Assembly (NCBI GenBank): GCA_963664195.1
Contig: OY760907.1
Span: 3,168,001 to 3,232,000, forward strand
Source: an uncultured candidate division Zixibacteria bacterium
GTDB lineage: Bacteria > Zixibacteria > MSB-5A5 > GN15 > FEB-12
DNA length: 64,000 nt
Direction of reading: 5' to 3'
The translations under genes and the position numbers were made by a program. Shown here one piece after another: positions 59,360 to 64,000 of this stretch. How positions within the stretch are numbered: the first letter of the stretch is position 1; each line of letters opens with the position of its first letter. The notes beneath the pieces are model-generated. The model saw nothing but the letters and a program-made list of their open reading frames with translations. It ran no database searches and was not told where the DNA came from.

Positions 59360-60157
59360 TTGAACATAGCCATGATCAAAGAGGCTCTCGAGGCCTCGCT
59401 TGTCGAAGGTAAAGACCAGCTTAATACCGAGGTGTCCCATATCTACGCGTCCGACCTCATGAGTGATGTCCTGGCTTTTGGCCAGCCGAGTTCGCTGCTG
59501 ATCACCGGCCTGGCCAGTGACCAGGCGATCATCTCTGCACATATGGCAGAGTTTGTCGGGGTGGTGCTCATTCGCGGCAAAAAGACACGCGAGGGAGCTA
59601 TTCGACTGGCCCGACAGCATAACCTTGTCCTCCTGTCAACTGCGCTCGATATGTACGAGTCCTGCATTCGACTCTCTATGAGAAAGACCGGACGCCTGCC
59701 CGCACTGGCGGGAATGCATCCCAAATCCTCTAATCAGGAGATGCTCCTGAGCAGGGACTTGTTCATTGAAGGCAGTGATTTTGCCAACGCCGGCATGGTC
59801 TCTACTGAAGTCAAGGCCACACTTAAGAAGATCGGCTTTGACCCCGGCCTCATACGAAGAGTCGCCATTTCCACCTACGAAGCCGAGATGAACGTCGTCA
59901 TGCACGCTAAACGGGCCAGGGTGAATTTGTCGATTACGCCGACCTGTGTCGAATTGACTATCGACGACGAGGGCAAGGGAATCCCAAGTGTCGAAGATGC
60001 CATGCAGGAAGGTTGGACTACTGCCACCGAAGAGATGAGAAAAATGGGCTTCGGATCCGGAATGGGACTTCCGAACATCAATAGAAATTCCGATGATTTG
60101 CATATAGAGAGCAGGGTCGGCGAGGGAACTCTGCTCAGCATGAAATTCTTCACCTAG
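59360..60157 (+). CDS. DRTGG domain fused to an anti-sigma-type Ser/Thr kinase (HATPase_c)
   Basis: ASDLMSDVLAF; YEAEMNVVMHA, DEGKGIP, GFGSGMGLPNI. Confidence 0.88.
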   Translation: MNIAMIKEALEASLVEGKDQLNTEVSHIYASDLMSDVLAFGQPSSLLITGLASDQAIISAHMAEFVGVVLIRGKKTREGAIRLARQHNLVLLSTALDMYESCIRLSMRKTGRLPALAGMHPKSSNQEMLLSRDLFIEGSDFANAGMVSTEVKATLKKIGFDPGLIRRVAISTYEAEMNVVMHAKRARVNLSITPTCVELTIDDEGKGIPSVEDAMQEGWTTATEEMRKMGFGSGMGLPNINRNSDDLHIESRVGEGTLLSMKFFT

Positions 60158-60193
60158 ATGGTCCCCGGTAGGTCCTCGGAGGCAAAAAAGAAT

Positions 60194-61465
60194 ATGGCGA
60201 GCTACTATCATGCACATCGCGTAGTATCTGACAAGTGTCAAGGACACATGACTTGCATGCGTCACTGTCCGACACAGGCCATTCGCGTGCGAAACGGCAA
60301 GGCGGTCATTGCCGAGGAGTTATGCGTCGACTGCGGCGAATGCATGTCCGTGTGCCCCGAAGGCGCAATTGAGGCCATCGTCGACCCTGTCGGTGAGATT
60401 TCCGGTTTCAAGTACAAAGTTGTGATTCCTTCACCGGTCCTGTACTCACAGTTTGGCTCGGACGTGCATCCTCATATAGTGCACGAAGCGCTAAAAATGC
60501 TCGGTTTCGACGAGGTTGTCGACGTCGTCTATTCCAGCGCCGCCATGGCAGCGAGTCTCGTCAAATACGTCAAGGAGTCCGACGGACCGTTTCCGCTGAT
60601 TTCATCGTACTGTCCAACGATCGTGCGCCTCATCCAGGTGAAATACCCTGCCCTGGTCGAGCAGGTGGTACCGTTGAATGTACCGCGCGAAGTCACGGCA
60701 CGTGAAATACGGAACACCCTACCCGAAAAACTCGGCATGACGGCTGAAGATATCGGAATCGTCTATCTTTCACCGTGCCCGGCGCAGATAACCTCCATCA
60801 AACAGCCGGCAGAAAAAGTAAAATCGTATTTCGACGGTGCAATCTCTATCCGCGACGCCTATTCCGTCTTGCTTCCCAGAATCCGGGACATAAAAAAGAG
60901 TTTTGTGGAATCGGATATTCCGGAAGATTTCGTCTTCCATACCGGCTGGGTGAGAACCGGAAGCATTCTGAGATACGCCAATATCGAAAACTGGCTCGCG
61001 GTAGCCGGCCTCGACAATATCGTGCAGATACTTGACGATATCGAAAACGGCCGCCTCCACAATGTCGAGTTCATCGAAGCCCTCGCGCATGTTTCCGGCT
61101 GCCTGAACGGTCCATTCTGCCTGGAAAACCCGTACGTGGCACGTCACACCAATATTCTCCAGAGGGAGAAATACGAATTGAACGTAGTCGTAGACCCGGA
61201 TGATATCGACCGCAAATTCCAGGAAAAACACTACTTCCTTGAAGGGCAGATCCTGCCGCGCCCGGGGCAGTTCTTCGACACAGATCTCGAGACCTCCATC
61301 AAGCGGATGAAAGAACGGGAGCGTGTCTTCCGGAATCTCTCGCAAACGGACTGTGGCTGTTGTGGTTCACCGACCTGTATGGCATTCGCCGAGGATTTCG
61401 TCAAGGGAGACGTGAAGCTGACCGATTGTATTTTCCTCGGTGGTAACAAGAACAATCGCTCGTAA
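60194..61465 (+). CDS. [FeFe]-hydrogenase-like putative sensory protein with ferredoxin and C-terminal FeS domains
   Basis: CVDCGECMSVCP; degenerate H-cluster motifs SSYCP, SPCPAQ, EALAHVSGCLNG; C-terminal DCGCCGSPTC...C. Confidence 0.82.
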   Translation: MASYYHAHRVVSDKCQGHMTCMRHCPTQAIRVRNGKAVIAEELCVDCGECMSVCPEGAIEAIVDPVGEISGFKYKVVIPSPVLYSQFGSDVHPHIVHEALKMLGFDEVVDVVYSSAAMAASLVKYVKESDGPFPLISSYCPTIVRLIQVKYPALVEQVVPLNVPREVTAREIRNTLPEKLGMTAEDIGIVYLSPCPAQITSIKQPAEKVKSYFDGAISIRDAYSVLLPRIRDIKKSFVESDIPEDFVFHTGWVRTGSILRYANIENWLAVAGLDNIVQILDDIENGRLHNVEFIEALAHVSGCLNGPFCLENPYVARHTNILQREKYELNVVVDPDDIDRKFQEKHYFLEGQILPRPGQFFDTDLETSIKRMKERERVFRNLSQTDCGCCGSPTCMAFAEDFVKGDVKLTDCIFLGGNKNNRS

Positions 61466-61478
61466 AGAAACTTCTCCG

Positions 61479-62426
61479 TTAACGCTTCAGAAACGGATGA
61501 GAGGTCGAAGACGGCCCGGTCGCATGGGCCTCACGGATGTCATGGGCGAGATCAATCGACGGTCGCACGGCATCGAGTCCATAGCCGTTCCCCAGCAACA
61601 CCTGGCGATACACTTCCGTGTGAAGATCCGTGAATCCACCTGAAAACTCAATCTCTTTGCCGTCAATCGTAATCGAGCGGAACGTCATCTGATCCTGCTT
61701 CCGGACAGCCTCCGGCAGGTCCCGTCGATCTATGGAAAGATACCATTTCACTCGAGCGCGCTCCAATTCGATATAGCCGGAATTTCGCATTTTGTCCGAA
61801 AAGTGCACTTCGTTCTTCTCTACATCGCCAAAAAGCCAGATCAGCATATCAAAAAAGTGTATTCCGATGTTCGTCGCGAGACCACCGGAACGTTCAATCT
61901 GGCCTTTCCAGGAAACAAGATACCAGATGCCGCGCGAAGTGATATACGTCAATTCTACGTCGGCCTTTTTGTCGAACGGAGCAGATTCGATTTGCTTCTT
62001 GAGGGCTATCAATGAGGGATGTACCCGGAGCTGCAAAACGGTATTGATCTTCCTCCCGCTCTCCTGTTCAAGCTCTGCCAGCGCGTCCAGATTCCAGGGG
62101 TTGAGCACCAACGGTTTCTCGCAAATAGTATCTGCATCCACACGAAGTGCAAATCGCACGTGCGCGTCATGGAGATAGTTCGGCGAGCAGATCGACACAT
62201 AGTGAATGCGTTCTTGCTCGCCCATGCGACGGAGTTTTTCGATATGGCGGTCAAACCGCTCAAACTCCGTAAAGAACGCCACGTCGTCAAAATGGCGATC
62301 CAGAACTCCAACCGAGTCGCTCGGATCCACTGCCGCTACCAGCGAATTGCCGGTGTCCTTGATTGCTTTCAGATGGCGCGGGGCAACGTAACCGCCAACG
62401 CCGGTAATTGCGAAATTGTATGCCAT
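61479..62426 (-). CDS. wbpB: UDP-N-acetyl-2-amino-2-deoxyglucuronate dehydrogenase (Gfo/Idh/MocA family)
   Basis: GYVAPRHLKAI, FTEFERFDRH, CSPNYLHDAH, CEKPLVLNPWN, TNIGIHFFD. Confidence 0.88.
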   Translation of the reverse strand: MAYNFAITGVGGYVAPRHLKAIKDTGNSLVAAVDPSDSVGVLDRHFDDVAFFTEFERFDRHIEKLRRMGEQERIHYVSICSPNYLHDAHVRFALRVDADTICEKPLVLNPWNLDALAELEQESGRKINTVLQLRVHPSLIALKKQIESAPFDKKADVELTYITSRGIWYLVSWKGQIERSGGLATNIGIHFFDMLIWLFGDVEKNEVHFSDKMRNSGYIELERARVKWYLSIDRRDLPEAVRKQDQMTFRSITIDGKEIEFSGGFTDLHTEVYRQVLLGNGYGLDAVRPSIDLAHDIREAHATGPSSTSHPFLKR

Positions 62427-62638
62427 GCCAAATCCGTTTGTTTCAAGCCTCTGAGAGTCACATCACGATGCGACATAGGGCAGGAATATAGACGACCCGT
62501 CGTCTGGTATGCAACATAAATCAGGGGGCGTTTTTGACTGACGGAATAAGCTTAATTCCCATGCCGGATTTCCTTGACAAACAAGACCCGATTCATATCA
62601 TGCCGCAGGATTAACAGATTTGGAATCAGAGAGGTAGC

Positions 62639-64000
62639 ATGGGACAGAACCTGGTTGAGAAAATAGCGCAGAAGTTCGCAGTCGGCTTGGAAGACGGTCA
62701 CGTCGTCCAGAGCGGCGACTTCGTTTCAATCCGCCCGGCTCACGTTATGACCCACGACAACAGCGGTGCGGTTATTCCCAAGTTCAAAGCGATTGGCGCC
62801 ACGAAAATCGCCAACCCGCGTCAGGTCGTTTTTACGCTGGATCACAACGTCCAGGACACCAGCGAAACGAACATGAAGAAGTACGCCGGAATCGAAGCCT
62901 TTGCCAAAGAAAAGGGCATTGACTTCTATCCCGCCGGCAGAGGCATCGGACACCAGATCATGTGCGAGGAAGGGTATGCTTTCCCTGGCACGATGGTCGT
63001 AGCCTCCGACAGCCACTCCAACATGTACGGCGGCCTGGGCGTCCTCGGCACCCCGATTGTCCGCACCGATGCTGCCGCGATCTGGGCAACCGGACGTACA
63101 TGGTGGCAGGTGCCCCCGGTAGCCAGAGTTGAACTCAAAGGCAAACTCAGGAGAGGCGCAACGGGCAAAGATGTCATCATCTCCCTGTGTGGTAAGTTCA
63201 ACAAAGACGAAGTCCTCAACCACGCGGTCGAGTTCGTCGGCGATGGCATCCCGCAGCTTTCTGTCGATGACCGCCTCACAATTGCCAACATGACAACAGA
63301 ATGGGGTGCCCTGACCGGCGTGTTCCCGATCGACGACACGACTATCGCCTGGCTTCGCAAGCGCGGCGAGTTTGTCGCCAAACGAGGCCTCTCCGGCGTC
63401 CCGTCAGATGAAGACAAAGAGCGTCGTCTCGGTGATTCCCGCATCAACGCCCTGGACGCCAATAGACCTGCAGCCGATTCGGACGCCTTCTACGCCCGAG
63501 AGATTACGGTCGACCTCGGCTCTGTCACGCCCCACGTTGCCGGGCCGGACAACGTGAAGAACTTCACCTCGGTGGCCGACATGCGCCAACAGAAACTGAA
63601 GATTCACAAGGCGTATCTTGTCTCCTGTGTCAACAGCCGGGTCGAGGACCTCTCTGCTGCTGCCGCCGTCATCAAAGGCCAGCAAGTTGCCGAGGGCGTC
63701 GAGTTCTACGTGGCCGCTGCCTCCAGCGAAGTACAGGCCGAAGCCGAACAACGTAATGACTGGCAGACCCTGCTCGACGCCGGTGCGATTCCGTTGCCTC
63801 CGGGCTGCGGGCCGTGTATCGGACTTGGGAAGGGATTGCTCCAAGACAACGAAGTCGGTATATCTGCCACCAACCGCAATTTCAAAGGGCGCATGGGGTC
63901 CCGCTCAGCCAGGGCGTATCTGGCCTCGCCGGCAGTTGTCGCTGCTTCCGCTGTAGCAGGGTATGTCGATCTCCCGGACGTCGAAGGAAACGTCGAAATC
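62639..64000 (+). CDS. lysF: homoaconitase of the fungal LysF/Lys4 type, truncated at the window edge
   Basis: Not in the ORF track (no stop in window). My translation: [17 protein letters not shown]...[17 protein letters not shown]...[18 protein letters not shown]...[11 protein letters not shown]...[19 protein letters not shown]...VSCVNSR...GCGPCIGLG...NRNFKGRMG. Confidence 0.85.
   Translation, partial: MGQNLVEKIAQKFAVGLEDGHVVQSGDFVSIRPAHVMTHDNSGAVIPKFKAIGATKIANPRQVVFTLDHNVQDTSETNMKKYAGIEAFAKEKGIDFYPAGRGIGHQIMCEEGYAFPGTMVVASDSHSNMYGGLGVLGTPIVRTDAAAIWATGRTWWQVPPVARVELKGKLRRGATGKDVIISLCGKFNKDEVLNHAVEFVGDGIPQLSVDDRLTIANMTTEWGALTGVFPIDDTTIAWLRKRGEFVAKRGLSGVPSDEDKERRLGDSRINALDANRPAADSDAFYAREITVDLGSVTPHVAGPDNVKNFTSVADMRQQKLKIHKAYLVSCVNSRVEDLSAAAAVIKGQQVAEGVEFYVAAASSEVQAEAEQRNDWQTLLDAGAIPLPPGCGPCIGLGKGLLQDNEVGISATNRNFKGRMGSRSARAYLASPAVVAASAVAGYVDLPDVEGNVEI

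Noticed and set aside
1..64000. CRISPR array, rRNA or prophage
   Set aside because: No regularly spaced short repeats, rRNA-like sequence or phage structural genes seen.

Overview
Bacterial chromosomal window, about 55-60% GC, from an anaerobe. The repeated C-terminal 'GNxDGSxDxLVTMGDLxxLIDHLFI' dockerin-like domains resemble those abundant in candidate phylum Zixibacteria (taxonomy inferred, not tested). Left to right: DUF362 and 4Fe-4S genes next to an orphan ORF bracketed by a perfect 97-bp direct repeat; a hybrid histidine kinase; a doubly frameshifted gene; a MarR-RND-TolC-TetR efflux locus; a trimeric [FeFe]-hydrogenase operon (hydCBA, two-component system, hydGFE); a trehalose cluster (DUF5752, treT, otsB, otsA); an OrpR-like sigma54 activator with an orp-type cluster; ion and osmotic homeostasis genes including a cation-chloride cotransporter broken by an IS3-family element; tRNA-Leu(TAA); a surface-protein locus; glcD-like oxidoreductase, gdhA, a DRTGG/kinase/hydrogenase-like module, wbpB and a fungal-type homoaconitase running off the right edge. 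The main result is that four ORFs at 46.8-49.6 kb are really two tandem secreted selenoproteins. Each has an in-frame UGA in a thioredoxin-like G-U-S-S-C motif, followed at identical spacing by a covarying SECIS hairpin with a GGUCU loop, then PKD-like and dockerin-like domains. They lie just upstream of four secreted Cys-rich proteins carrying cohesin-like plus dockerin-like domains, which suggests an extracellular, selenium-dependent, modular redox assembly (hypothesis).
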